Shown: in pieces, positions 1-7,717 of the stretch | How the letters are laid out: the number at the start of each line of letters is the position of its first letter | How positions within the stretch are numbered: the stretch's first letter is position 1 | Origin: Verrucomicrobia bacterium UBA3869 | Lineage (GTDB): Bacteria > Verrucomicrobiota > Verrucomicrobiia > Opitutales > UBA9783 | Assembly (NCBI GenBank): GCA_002392285.1 | Contig: DGGR01000016.1 | Coordinates: 1-26,343, forward strand | Direction of reading: 5' to 3' | DNA: 26,343 nucleotides | The notes under the pieces: generated by a model | Database searches by the model: none | What the model was told of the DNA's origin: nothing | The model's input: only the letters and a program-made list of their open reading frames with translations | Position numbers and translations under genes: made by a program

Positions 1-59
1 GGTAGAGCAACGCATTCGTAACGCGTAGGTCGTGAGTTCGAACCTCATCTTCGGCTCCA
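1..59 (+). tRNA. tRNA-Thr (anticodon CGT), 3' partial; the 5' half lies outside the window. CCA is encoded.
   Basis: Manual fold. D-arm remnant GGTAGAGCA. Anticodon stem acgca/cgcgt, with one A:C mismatch at 31:39. Loop ttCGTaa at 15-21. Variable loop aggtc. T-arm gtgag-ttcgaac-ctcat. Acceptor 3' strand cttcggc, discriminator t, CCA at 57-59. Confidence 0.85.
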
Positions 60-88
60 TAATAGATTCAGAAAACAAAGGAAGCATT

Positions 89-247
89 ATGTCACAACAT
101 GCAAGTTTAAGGAAGAGCGCCAATAGTGCGGACGCTAGCAAAACTGTATTGAAACGTTATGAACGGGTTGCGTTATTGAAAAAACGCGGTCAGTGGCAAG
201 AGGGACAAAGTGTATTAGGTCTGATAAAAACTAAGCCAGAAGCGTAA
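89..247 (+). CDS. Small basic protein, 52 aa (MSQHASLRKSANS...VLKRYERVALLKKRGQWQEGQSVLGLIKTKPEA). It resembles the 'small basic protein' family of Planctomycetes, Verrucomicrobia and Chlamydiae. Function unknown.
   Basis: ATG at 89 is preceded by AAGGAAG 6 nt upstream. The track start at 32 would overlap the tRNA, so it was rejected. The protein is Lys/Arg rich. The motif VLKRxERxxxLKxxGxW..G.S..GLxKTK matches my recollection of that family, without an HMM check. Confidence 0.6.
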   Translation: MSQHASLRKSANSADASKTVLKRYERVALLKKRGQWQEGQSVLGLIKTKPEA

Positions 248-249
248 TT

Positions 250-822
250 ATGTCGAATGTAGATAAGCGACCGGCCACCAGTATCCGTAAGAATAATGTG
301 GTTATGTATCAAAACGTGCCGCATATCGTTACGGAAGTAGAACACCGTACGCAAGGTCGGCAGGCAGGATTTATTCAAGTGACCTTGCGCAACTTGGCCA
401 CCGGTATTGCGACGCAGAATAAGTTTCATTCCAACGATACGGTTTTCTTCTGTTACGTTGAATCGAAAGCGTTGGAGTATTCCTATGAGGATAACGAAGG
501 CTATCATTTTTTGCATCCGGATACCTATGAAGATGAGGTCATTCCCAGCAAGTTGTTGGAAGATCAGAAAAGTTATTTGATTCAGGGGGAATCCTATTCG
601 GTCCTGTTTGTCGATGACCGTCCGTTGCAAATCCAATTGCCTGCTTCCGTTGCCATGAAAGTTATAGAGGCATCAGAGGGGGTGCGGGGAGATACCGCAA
701 CTAATGCGCAAAAAACAGTGGTTGTTGAAACGGGGATGAAGGTACAAGTGCCTTTGTTTATTAAGACGGGTGAAACGATCCGTATAGATACCGACAAGGG
801 TACCTATTTAGGGCGCGCTTAA
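250..822 (+). CDS. efp: Translation elongation factor P
   Basis: Ungapped alignment by eye to E. coli and Pseudomonas EF-P over all three domains, for example ...GDTA...K.A.vETG..v.VPlFi..Ge.I.iDT..g.Y..R. The loop-tip residue is Arg (TQGRQAG, codon cgg at 358-360), where E. coli has Lys34. Confidence 0.95.
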   Translation: MSNVDKRPATSIRKNNVVMYQNVPHIVTEVEHRTQGRQAGFIQVTLRNLATGIATQNKFHSNDTVFFCYVESKALEYSYEDNEGYHFLHPDTYEDEVIPSKLLEDQKSYLIQGESYSVLFVDDRPLQIQLPASVAMKVIEASEGVRGDTATNAQKTVVVETGMKVQVPLFIKTGETIRIDTDKGTYLGRA

Positions 823-834
823 GCTTAATTTCGG

Positions 835-1731
835 ATGCAGCCGTACGTGCTAGTGTTGTCGGATGAGCAATCCGAATGTTTATTGAATTATTTAAGGGAT
901 CATCGGTGGCATAAGGATCAGGTCCCTTATTCCTTGTATGCTTATCATACTCCGGGCGTAAAAGTGGTGGTCTATCACAATCAGAAGCTGGTGGTTCAAG
1001 GTAAGGATGTTGAAGATTTCGTTCTTCATACCTTGGAAACCGAGATTACCCATAAACCGCTTTATGGCTATGATCGAGTGAATCATCCTGAATGGTTTGA
1101 AGCGCATGCAGGATTGGATGAAAGCGGGAAAGGAGACCTATTTGGGCCTTTGGTAGCGGCTACGGTTATTGCGGATGGAACTGCGGTTGATTTTTGGCTG
1201 TCTAAAGGGCTAAAAGAGAGTAAAGCTATTAAGTCCGATGAGCGTTTGTTTAAAATGGAAGCCTTGGTACGCGAGCCCAAAGGGGTGGTCATTGAAACCG
1301 CCTATGCTAACATGGAGCGATACAACGAATTGTATGCGAAATTCGGCAATCTGAATCAACTGCTTGCATGGATGCATGCACGTGCCTTGGATACTGCTTT
1401 GCAAAAAAGTACGGTTCAAAAAGGTCTGTTGGATCAATTCGTTAAGGCGCATTTAGTCCAGAAATTTTTAAAGCGCAGTGATTTTACGCTTCAACAGCGG
1501 GTGCGTGCAGAAGAAGATCCTGTAGTAGCTGCTGCCTCGATTATTGCACGAGCAACCTATGTGCGAAAATTACGCGATTTAAGTAAAGAAGCGGGGATCA
1601 ACCTACCGAAAGGTTGCGGAATTGATGCCCAAAAAGCCCTCACTACCTTAGGGGATACAGTAGGGCGAGATCAGCTCAAACGCTACGCCAAGATGCATTT
1701 TAAAACCATTAATGAAGTGTTAAAATCGTAA
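835..1731 (+). CDS. rnhC: Ribonuclease HIII
   Basis: N-terminal TBP-like domain, then the catalytic-core motif [18 protein letters not shown] and RNase HII/HIII-family C-terminal helices. Length is 298 aa. Confidence 0.9.
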   Translation: MQPYVLVLSDEQSECLLNYLRDHRWHKDQVPYSLYAYHTPGVKVVVYHNQKLVVQGKDVEDFVLHTLETEITHKPLYGYDRVNHPEWFEAHAGLDESGKGDLFGPLVAATVIADGTAVDFWLSKGLKESKAIKSDERLFKMEALVREPKGVVIETAYANMERYNELYAKFGNLNQLLAWMHARALDTALQKSTVQKGLLDQFVKAHLVQKFLKRSDFTLQQRVRAEEDPVVAAASIIARATYVRKLRDLSKEAGINLPKGCGIDAQKALTTLGDTVGRDQLKRYAKMHFKTINEVLKS

Positions 1732-1744
1732 GGGGACAAGGAAT

Positions 1745-2542
1745 ATGCAAATTTATTTGGATTTAGTTAAACGGGTGCTGGAAGCGGGTGAAAAACGCAA
1801 GGATCGTACAGGAACCGGTACCATTAGTTTGTTTGGAGCGCAGATGCGCATCGATATTTCGCGCTTTTTCCCGCTATTAACCACGAAAAAAGTTCATTTT
1901 AAATCAATTGCCTACGAATTGCTTTGGTTCTTGCGCGGCGATACGAACATCAAGTATTTGCAAGAGCATGGAGTACGTATTTGGAACGAATGGGCTGATA
2001 AAGATGGCAATTTGGGGCCTGTTTATGGGGCTCAATGGCGGCATTGGCGGTGCGCTGATGGACGTGTTGTGGATCAAATTCAACAGGTTATTGAGGGTAT
2101 TAAGAAGGATCCGTTCGGTCGACGTCATATTGTTTCGGCCTGGAATGTAGGCGAAATTGACAAAATGGCTCTGCCTCCCTGCCATTCATTTTTTCAATTT
2201 TATGTTAGCACCTCAGGAACTTTAAGCTGTCAATTGTACCAGCGCAGCGGGGATTTGTTTTTGGGCGTTCCGTTTAACATTGCTTCTTACTCCTTGTTAA
2301 CCTACATCATGGCTCAGGTCTGTGGGTTGAAACCCGGTTGGTTTGTGCATACCTTAGGAGATGCCCATATTTATCAAAACCATTTAGAGCAGGTGAAAAC
2401 GCAGTTAGCGCGCATTCCTAAGACTTTACCAACCCTTACGATTGACCCTAGGGTTAAGCGGATTGAGGATATAACCTTTGAGGCAATTCAGGTGCATGAT
2501 TATGACCCTTATCCGACCATTAAAGCTCAGGTAGCGGTTTAA
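1745..2542 (+). CDS. thyA: Thymidylate synthase (ThyA type)
   Basis: Canonical motifs [42 protein letters not shown] and [21 protein letters not shown] lies upstream. Confidence 0.97.
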   Translation: MQIYLDLVKRVLEAGEKRKDRTGTGTISLFGAQMRIDISRFFPLLTTKKVHFKSIAYELLWFLRGDTNIKYLQEHGVRIWNEWADKDGNLGPVYGAQWRHWRCADGRVVDQIQQVIEGIKKDPFGRRHIVSAWNVGEIDKMALPPCHSFFQFYVSTSGTLSCQLYQRSGDLFLGVPFNIASYSLLTYIMAQVCGLKPGWFVHTLGDAHIYQNHLEQVKTQLARIPKTLPTLTIDPRVKRIEDITFEAIQVHDYDPYPTIKAQVAV

Positions 2543-2543
2543 T

Positions 2544-3005
2544 ATGATCGATTTTAAAATCATTGCAGCGATATCGCTGAACCGCGTAATCGGGTGCCGC
2601 CAGCGTTTGCCTTGGCATTTGCCAGAAGAATTACAGTGGTTTCGACAAACGACCTTAAATCAAACGTTATTGATGGGGCGAAAGACTTTTGATTCGATGG
2701 GGAAACGCCCATTGCCTCAACGCATTACCTATGTGCTTACCCATCACAAGACGGGATTGCAAGGAGTCCAGGAAATTACGTCGCTGGATGAATTACCGGA
2801 GTCATTAACAACGGTTTGGGTTTGCGGCGGTGCAAGTATTTATGAGCTTTTGTTGCCAAAAGCTTCGGAGCTTATTTTGTCCGTTATTCAGTGTACCATC
2901 GATGGCGATGCATTTTTCCCTCCATTTGAGTCCCGTTTTCAACAGGTTGCGGTTTTGAAACGAACCGATGATTTTGAAGTTCAAAAATGGGTTGCGAAAC
3001 CCTAG
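2544..3005 (+). CDS. folA: Dihydrofolate reductase
   Basis: Motifs IAAIS.NRVIG....LPWHLPEEL..F...T....LLMGRKTF.S and VCGGASIYE. It starts 1 nt after the thyA stop, the classic thyA-folA pair. Confidence 0.9.
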   Translation: MIDFKIIAAISLNRVIGCRQRLPWHLPEELQWFRQTTLNQTLLMGRKTFDSMGKRPLPQRITYVLTHHKTGLQGVQEITSLDELPESLTTVWVCGGASIYELLLPKASELILSVIQCTIDGDAFFPPFESRFQQVAVLKRTDDFEVQKWVAKP

Positions 3006-3044
3006 GGAATACTTAAAATATTAATAGATATTTTGTTTAAAATT

Positions 3045-4127
3045 ATGAAATCTTTATGCATTAAACTTTTGAAAAGCCCGTTGATTTTTGTAATTTGCCT
3101 TGTTTTGCAGGGATGCGGGGGCGTTAAGTCGACAAATGAAAATGCGAACGGCGTAGCAGCTACCGCCATGGTCGGTTCTTTAGAAGAAGATGAGATTCAG
3201 TCGGTATCAGAACAACGATTTGAGCCTCGTCGACCAGAAGGAATGAGGGATGATTATAATGCCCTTCCAAACTTTGATGCTACTCAAATCCATGTTGTGT
3301 GCAAAGGCGATACGTTAACGTCCATTGCGCGTCGTTATCAGGTATCGGTAGCTCAATTGATGCAGGAAAATCATTTGACAGATAAGAATCGGATTTATGT
3401 AGGTCAACAATTGGTGATTCCGGGAGGAGCAACGGCTTCTAGCGCGGTTAGCGGTTCGGATTATTGCGTACAGAAAGGCGATACGTTAACGTCCATTGCG
3501 CGTCGTTATCAGGTATCGGTAGCTCAATTGATGCAGGAAAATCATTTGACAGATAAGAATCGGATTTATGTAGGTCAGCGCTTAAAAGTGAATGGAGCAT
3601 CGTCTGTTGTTGCCCCATCAGCAGGAAACGGTACCTATTGCGTACAGAAAGGTGATACGTTAACCTCCATCGCAAAACGTTTTGGGATGAGTGTAAGCAG
3701 CTTGAAAGACCTCAACCATTTAACCAGCGATATGATTCGTATTGGACAGGTGTTAACGGTATCTGGGAATGGATCGGTTGCATCCGCTCCAGTTACTTCG
3801 GTCGCTCCTAAAAATACCAGTCCTATCCAAGGCTCAAGCTATACGGTTCAAAGCGGAGATAGTTTGTGGAGCATTGCCCATCGTAAGGGTATAACCGTTC
3901 AGGAGCTATGCCGCATCAATAATTTAAGCGATTCTAGCGTGCTCCAAGTTGGGCAAGAGCTCAAGTTAGAAGGCAACGCGCCTCGGGATATTGTTAACGG
4001 AAGCGATTCAGTTTCGGATATGTCGATGGATACCCCTTCTACATCGGGCGAATCTTCGATTAATGACTCCTTTTCGGATTTGTTGGATTCAACGCAGGGC
4101 GTTCCTACGGTACAGGTAGATAAGTAG
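3045..4127 (+). CDS. Putative lipoprotein with five LysM peptidoglycan-binding modules and an acidic, Ser-rich tail. No catalytic domain is recognisable.
   Basis: Signal peptide plus possible lipobox LVLQGC. There are five copies of the pattern Y.V..GDTL.SIA.R..vsv..L...N.L....i.vGQ.L. I prefer ATG at 3045 over TTG at 3033. Confidence 0.85.
   Translation: MKSLCIKLLKSPLIFVICLVLQGCGGVKSTNENANGVAATAMVGSLEEDEIQSVSEQRFEPRRPEGMRDDYNALPNFDATQIHVVCKGDTLTSIARRYQVSVAQLMQENHLTDKNRIYVGQQLVIPGGATASSAVSGSDYCVQKGDTLTSIARRYQVSVAQLMQENHLTDKNRIYVGQRLKVNGASSVVAPSAGNGTYCVQKGDTLTSIAKRFGMSVSSLKDLNHLTSDMIRIGQVLTVSGNGSVASAPVTSVAPKNTSPIQGSSYTVQSGDSLWSIAHRKGITVQELCRINNLSDSSVLQVGQELKLEGNAPRDIVNGSDSVSDMSMDTPSTSGESSINDSFSDLLDSTQGVPTVQVDK
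3303..3406 (+). repeat. Copy 1 of a perfect 104-bp direct repeat inside the LysM gene (LysM modules 1 and 2)
   Basis: Base-by-base comparison shows 3303-3406 identical to 3474-3577. The period is 171 bp (57 codons). Confidence 0.95.
3474..3577 (+). repeat. Copy 2 of the perfect 104-bp direct repeat inside the LysM gene
   Basis: Identical to 3303-3406. Identity breaks at 3302/3473 and at 3407/3578. Confidence 0.95.
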
Positions 4128-4133
4128 GTCGGC

Positions 4134-5237
4134 ATGCACAGTGAGGGTTCAGGTTGTCGTTCCCTTTTAATTGCTTGCAGCTGCGTATTAGTTGCTTACG
4201 GTTTATTGATTTTATATAGTGCAGCGCAACCGACTACATCCGCTCATCGGTTTGCAAAGCAATGTTATTGGTTAGGGGTCGCATGCTTGTTTTTTTTGGT
4301 TTTCTCCAAAATCAACCTCTTGCAGTTGCGGGCTATGGGTAAATGGTTGGGTTGGATAACCATAGGGCTGCTGTTATTGGTGTTTATTCCGGGTTTCGGT
4401 CGTGTGGTGAATGGTTCGCGGCGTTGGGTTGGAATAGGCTCGGTGAGAATGCAGCCATCCGAGCTAGCAAAAATTGGCTTTGTGTTGTTTTTATCGTATT
4501 GGATTACGAAAAACAAACAGGTGCGCCAAAATTTTATTGAGGATTTTGTGCGACCGTTATCCATAGTAGGCTTTTTTTGTTTATTATTACTACTAGAACC
4601 TGATTTTGGGACAGCCCTTCTGTTTGGCAGCGTAGCCTTATTGGCGTTATTTGTACGGGGAATGCCCCTGCGGTTTATTGTGCCAGCAGTAGGGCTAGCG
4701 ATTGGCTTGTTTGCCTTTTTGGTTTACTTGAATCCGGTGCGTTTTAGCCGTATTCTATCCTTTTTGGATTTGGAAAATACCCGCATGGGTACAGGGTATC
4801 AATTGTGGCAAAGCTTGGTTGCATTTTCATCAGGCAAATGGTTTGGGCGTGGATTGGGCTTGGGTCACCAACAGTTTTTCTTTTTACCAGAAGTGCATAC
4901 GGATTTTATTGGGGCTGTTTTAGCGGAAGAATTAGGTATTGTTCATGTATTCGTTGTATTGGGCTGCTTTGCGGCCATTGCCTTTTGTGGGTTAAAAATT
5001 ACCTGGCAACAAGACCATCCGTTTTTATTCTATACCGGATTAACATCTGTCTGTTTTTTAACGCTTCAAGCCTTTATCAACCTAGGGGTTATTACCGGAC
5101 TGTTACCTACCAAAGGGATGGCGCTTCCATTCCTCAGTTATGGGGGTTCGAATTTGGTTGCGAATTTTAGTTTAGTGGGATTGCTGGTTAATTTGTCCTA
5201 TCGTCGATACCCGCCGATAGAAGCAGGGGGGTCATGA
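4134..5237 (+). CDS. ftsW: SEDS-family peptidoglycan glycosyltransferase (FtsW/RodA family). FtsW is assigned from its position next to murG.
   Basis: About 10 predicted TM segments. SEDS motifs are RW...G....QPSE.AK, EPDFGTA, PE.HTDFI......ELG and LP.KG..LPF.SYGGS. It overlaps murG by ATGA. Confidence 0.85.
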   Translation: MHSEGSGCRSLLIACSCVLVAYGLLILYSAAQPTTSAHRFAKQCYWLGVACLFFLVFSKINLLQLRAMGKWLGWITIGLLLLVFIPGFGRVVNGSRRWVGIGSVRMQPSELAKIGFVLFLSYWITKNKQVRQNFIEDFVRPLSIVGFFCLLLLLEPDFGTALLFGSVALLALFVRGMPLRFIVPAVGLAIGLFAFLVYLNPVRFSRILSFLDLENTRMGTGYQLWQSLVAFSSGKWFGRGLGLGHQQFFFLPEVHTDFIGAVLAEELGIVHVFVVLGCFAAIAFCGLKITWQQDHPFLFYTGLTSVCFLTLQAFINLGVITGLLPTKGMALPFLSYGGSNLVANFSLVGLLVNLSYRRYPPIEAGGS

Positions 5238-6289
5238 AAACAATAGCCATTGCGTGTGGAGGAACCGGAGGGCATTTATCGCCCGGAATTGCGGTTGCTC
5301 AACGGTTGATGGAGCGCAATTACCGTTGTATTTTGTTGATTTCTCAGAAGGCGGTTGACCAAACTTTAAGCGCCCTTTACCCCCAACTATCCTTTGTTCG
5401 TATCCCCGGAATCGCTTTATCCAAAAAGCCATTGGATGGGCTACGGTGCTTGTATTATGCTGCTAAAAACATTTATTGTTCATGGCAATTGTTGCGGATG
5501 GAGCAGGTGGCTGCGGTGATCGGCTTTGGTGGATTTACCAATGTGGGTGCAATTTTAGCTGCCGCGTGCTTGCGAAAACCGTGTTTGTTGCATGAAGCGA
5601 ACCAAGTGGTAGGGCGCACCATTCGTCTATTCGGCCGATTGGCTACGAAGGTATACGTTCCTGAAGGGGTGGTTTATAATGGGAATAGCCAGGTAAGCTT
5701 TTGCGGATTTCCCTTGAGGCGTGAATTGCAGCCGATGGATCCGAAGGCAGCCAAAGTGCAATTGGGATTTGACCCTGATAAACCGCTTGTGTGCGTTGTT
5801 GGAGGAAGCCAAGGAGCGCATCCGTTAAATCGATGGGTTTGGGAGCATGCGGAGCAATGGGTCGCGCACGGCATTCAGGTGTTGTGTATTACGGGCACAA
5901 ATAAAATGGTTCAGGCAGATAAAGCACTTTCTCCCTCTATTGTGTTTAAGCCGTTTTGTTCTCAAATGGCTTGCTTGTATTCAGCGGCGGATGGGGTTAT
6001 TGCGCGAGCAGGAGCCGGTACAATTGCGGAATTAACGCATTTTGCTGTGCCTTCGATTTTAATCCCATTTCCTCAATCAGCCGAAGGGCATCAATTGAAC
6101 AATGCGCGGGTATTTGAGCAGCGGGGTGGATGTGTGGTGGTTGAGCAATCCGCTATGGATGGCTTATGGAATCAGGTATTGGGCTTGTTGGCACGCAATC
6201 AGGAGATGAGAAGGGCGCTGAAACAGCTAAAATCAATCGATTGGGCATCGTTTTTGGCTGATGAACTGGAGACGCAGATCAAGCGTTAA
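5234..6289 (+). CDS. murG: UDP-N-acetylglucosamine--N-acetylmuramyl-(pentapeptide)-pyrophosphoryl-undecaprenol GlcNAc transferase
   Basis: Motifs GGTGGH.SPG.AVA, VVGGSQGA, RAGAGT..EL and P.....HQ..NA. Confidence 0.95.
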   Translation: MKTIAIACGGTGGHLSPGIAVAQRLMERNYRCILLISQKAVDQTLSALYPQLSFVRIPGIALSKKPLDGLRCLYYAAKNIYCSWQLLRMEQVAAVIGFGGFTNVGAILAAACLRKPCLLHEANQVVGRTIRLFGRLATKVYVPEGVVYNGNSQVSFCGFPLRRELQPMDPKAAKVQLGFDPDKPLVCVVGGSQGAHPLNRWVWEHAEQWVAHGIQVLCITGTNKMVQADKALSPSIVFKPFCSQMACLYSAADGVIARAGAGTIAELTHFAVPSILIPFPQSAEGHQLNNARVFEQRGGCVVVEQSAMDGLWNQVLGLLARNQEMRRALKQLKSIDWASFLADELETQIKR

Positions 6290-6293
6290 GGTT

Positions 6294-7430
6294 ATGTCTT
6301 TGAAGGTGTTTATTTGCCAGGTTGTGGATTCCGAAGGGCGCAATCGATGGTTGTTCAGGCGTTATGCATCTAAATGGGAATGCTTGCGTGCTTTATGGGC
6401 GCGTGGATTTTTGGTGCAACGGGTGTTGTATGGTAAGCACTTTTGGAGTGCACATGCCTCTATTCGATTGTCCGAATGGGAGTCTTTTTGGGGGCAATTG
6501 CAATCGAGCTTGTCCGTCGGTAATCCCCTTACAAGCGCATTAGAAACAATTCAGGTGCGTCATACGACCTTGAGAGGTTTCATGAGTCAGGCTTTGAGTG
6601 CATTAAAACAAGGGCGGCTGTTTTCGAGCGTCTTGTCCCAACCGAAGTTCAAAGCACCGGTCGAATGGGTTTTAATATTACAACAGGCGGAGATAGGTGG
6701 ATTTTTACCTAAGGGAATTGCTTGTATTGAGCGCCTGGTACGCTTCCAAACGCATTTAGTGTATGAAATTAAGCGTCAATTGCTCTATCCCCTATTTATC
6801 GCAGGAGTTGTGGTAGGGTTCATGGGAGGTGCTTATGGTCTGTTTTTGCCTAGAATTGCCGATTTTTATGCCCAACAAGGGCAAAGTGTTGATAAACTAA
6901 CCGCTTTTATATTATCCATCCCCAGTTCATGGGTTTACCTATTGATTGCTAGCTTAGGTATTGCGTTAACGGTTCTGTGGAAACATGCAGACCGTTTGGT
7001 TTTAGCCTTCCAAATGCGTTCTTCTTTGATCTACAGTTGGTTTGCAATGGTATTGGGTATGTTGCTCCAAAACGGTTTACCTTTGTTGGAAAGCGTACAG
7101 GTTGCTTGGGGTTGTTTGCCTAAGCGTTATTTGTTGCAAAAAGCTCAGCAGTGCTTGCTCCAGGGCAATAGTTTATCGGTTGTTTTAAGCGATTTCCCTA
7201 GCTTTTTTTGTCAATCGTTGCAAAAGGGAGAATCGTATGGACGATTAGCGAAAACCTTAATGGATTTGTCAGAACAGTACTACCATCAGTACGAAAAACG
7301 TTTGTTGCAGCAAGCCAAATGGATTGAGCCCATTAGTATTGTTGTGCTATCGCTTGTTATCTTTGCCATCATTTGGCTCATTGGAAATCCATTGGTTCAA
7401 CTGATCAAAACAATTGATTTATCCCTTTAA
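6294..7430 (+). CDS. GspF/PilC-family (T2SS-F domain) inner-membrane platform protein, orphan
   Basis: The N-terminus F.C.V.DSEGR......A.S...CL.AL.ARGF.V..V follows the GspF/PilC pattern F.Y.a.d..G....G...a.s...a...L...G..v. There are two T2SSF-like repeats, one ending ...GE.gG.L and the second QKGESYGRLAKTLMDLSEQY...EPISIVVL.LVIFAII. Three TM helices. ATG at 6294 lies 4 nt after the murG stop, and the track start at 6261 is inside murG. Confidence 0.75.
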   Translation: MSLKVFICQVVDSEGRNRWLFRRYASKWECLRALWARGFLVQRVLYGKHFWSAHASIRLSEWESFWGQLQSSLSVGNPLTSALETIQVRHTTLRGFMSQALSALKQGRLFSSVLSQPKFKAPVEWVLILQQAEIGGFLPKGIACIERLVRFQTHLVYEIKRQLLYPLFIAGVVVGFMGGAYGLFLPRIADFYAQQGQSVDKLTAFILSIPSSWVYLLIASLGIALTVLWKHADRLVLAFQMRSSLIYSWFAMVLGMLLQNGLPLLESVQVAWGCLPKRYLLQKAQQCLLQGNSLSVVLSDFPSFFCQSLQKGESYGRLAKTLMDLSEQYYHQYEKRLLQQAKWIEPISIVVLSLVIFAIIWLIGNPLVQLIKTIDLSL

Positions 7431-7717
7431 CGACGCTCTTGACTATTGGTGCGTTGGCGGTGAAAAAAGATGCGCTGATTCCCTTTTTGGGCATAACGAC
7501 GATGGGCAGTTCGCAAAGTATGAGGTGCGGTATTATCGCCAGGGGTTGCTGATGGCGTCCAGCGTTTTAAAGCAGGTTGTTTGTTGGCGTTAGGGATAAT
7601 CCGATGAAGTTGGGGTGCGCTTGAAATAAGGCGTTGGTTGGGATGAAACGGGATAGACGCAGCCGATAAGGAGGATAAGAGGAACAAGAAGTTGAGGCAG
7701 CTAATACAAAATCGCAT
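7427..7717 (-). CDS. Hypothetical small protein of about 96 aa from ATG 7717 (100 aa from GTG 7729). It has a signal-peptide-like N-terminus and a Pro/Arg/Gln-rich, very basic tail.
   Basis: It is the only long ORF spanning the 270-bp gap between the convergent gspF-like and M50-like genes. It overlaps the M50-like 3' end, and its stop overlaps the gspF-like stop (TTAA). No homology is recognised and no clear RBS is present. Confidence 0.25.
   Translation of the reverse strand: MRFCISCLNFLFLLSSLSAASIPFHPNQRLISSAPQLHRIIPNANKQPALKRWTPSATPGDNTAPHTLRTAHRRYAQKGNQRIFFHRQRTNSQERR

Noticed and set aside
32-88. The track start (ATG 32) of the first ORF gives a 71-aa protein whose 5' end overlaps the tRNA-Thr T-arm, acceptor stem and CCA.
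   Set aside because: A CDS overlapping a tRNA is implausible. An internal ATG at 89 has a good AAGGAAG RBS and yields the compact basic protein.
190-636. A 148-aa minus-strand ORF lies antisense to efp. Similar antisense or off-frame ORFs occur at 892-1452, 1904-2185, 4265-4564, 4805-5170, 13624-13976, 15938-16270 and 22951-23305.
   Set aside because: All lie wholly inside strongly supported genes, have odd composition and no recognisable motifs. They are typical shadow ORFs.
3296-3760. Regularly spaced repeats might be a CRISPR-like or tandem-repeat array.
   Set aside because: The repeats are in-frame LysM protein modules within one continuous ORF. There is no repeat/spacer architecture.
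6261-6293. An alternative upstream start (ATG 6261) for the gspF-like gene overlaps murG by 29 nt.
   Set aside because: The family N-terminus pattern (M..F.Y.a.D..G) aligns with the Met at 6294. The extra MNWRRRSSVKV has no support.
7431-7700. The 270-bp G+T-rich convergent spacer might be a structured ncRNA (SRP RNA, RNase P RNA, tmRNA or 6S), or a repeat array given recurring GGCGTT/GTTGG strings.
   Set aside because: None of the conserved cores I know are present, including the GGAAGCAGCC-type SRP motif, GAGGAAAGTCC of RNase P, and a tRNA-like tmRNA end. I see no convincing long hairpins. The short strings are degenerate and irregularly spaced. The region is kept only as a possible small CDS.
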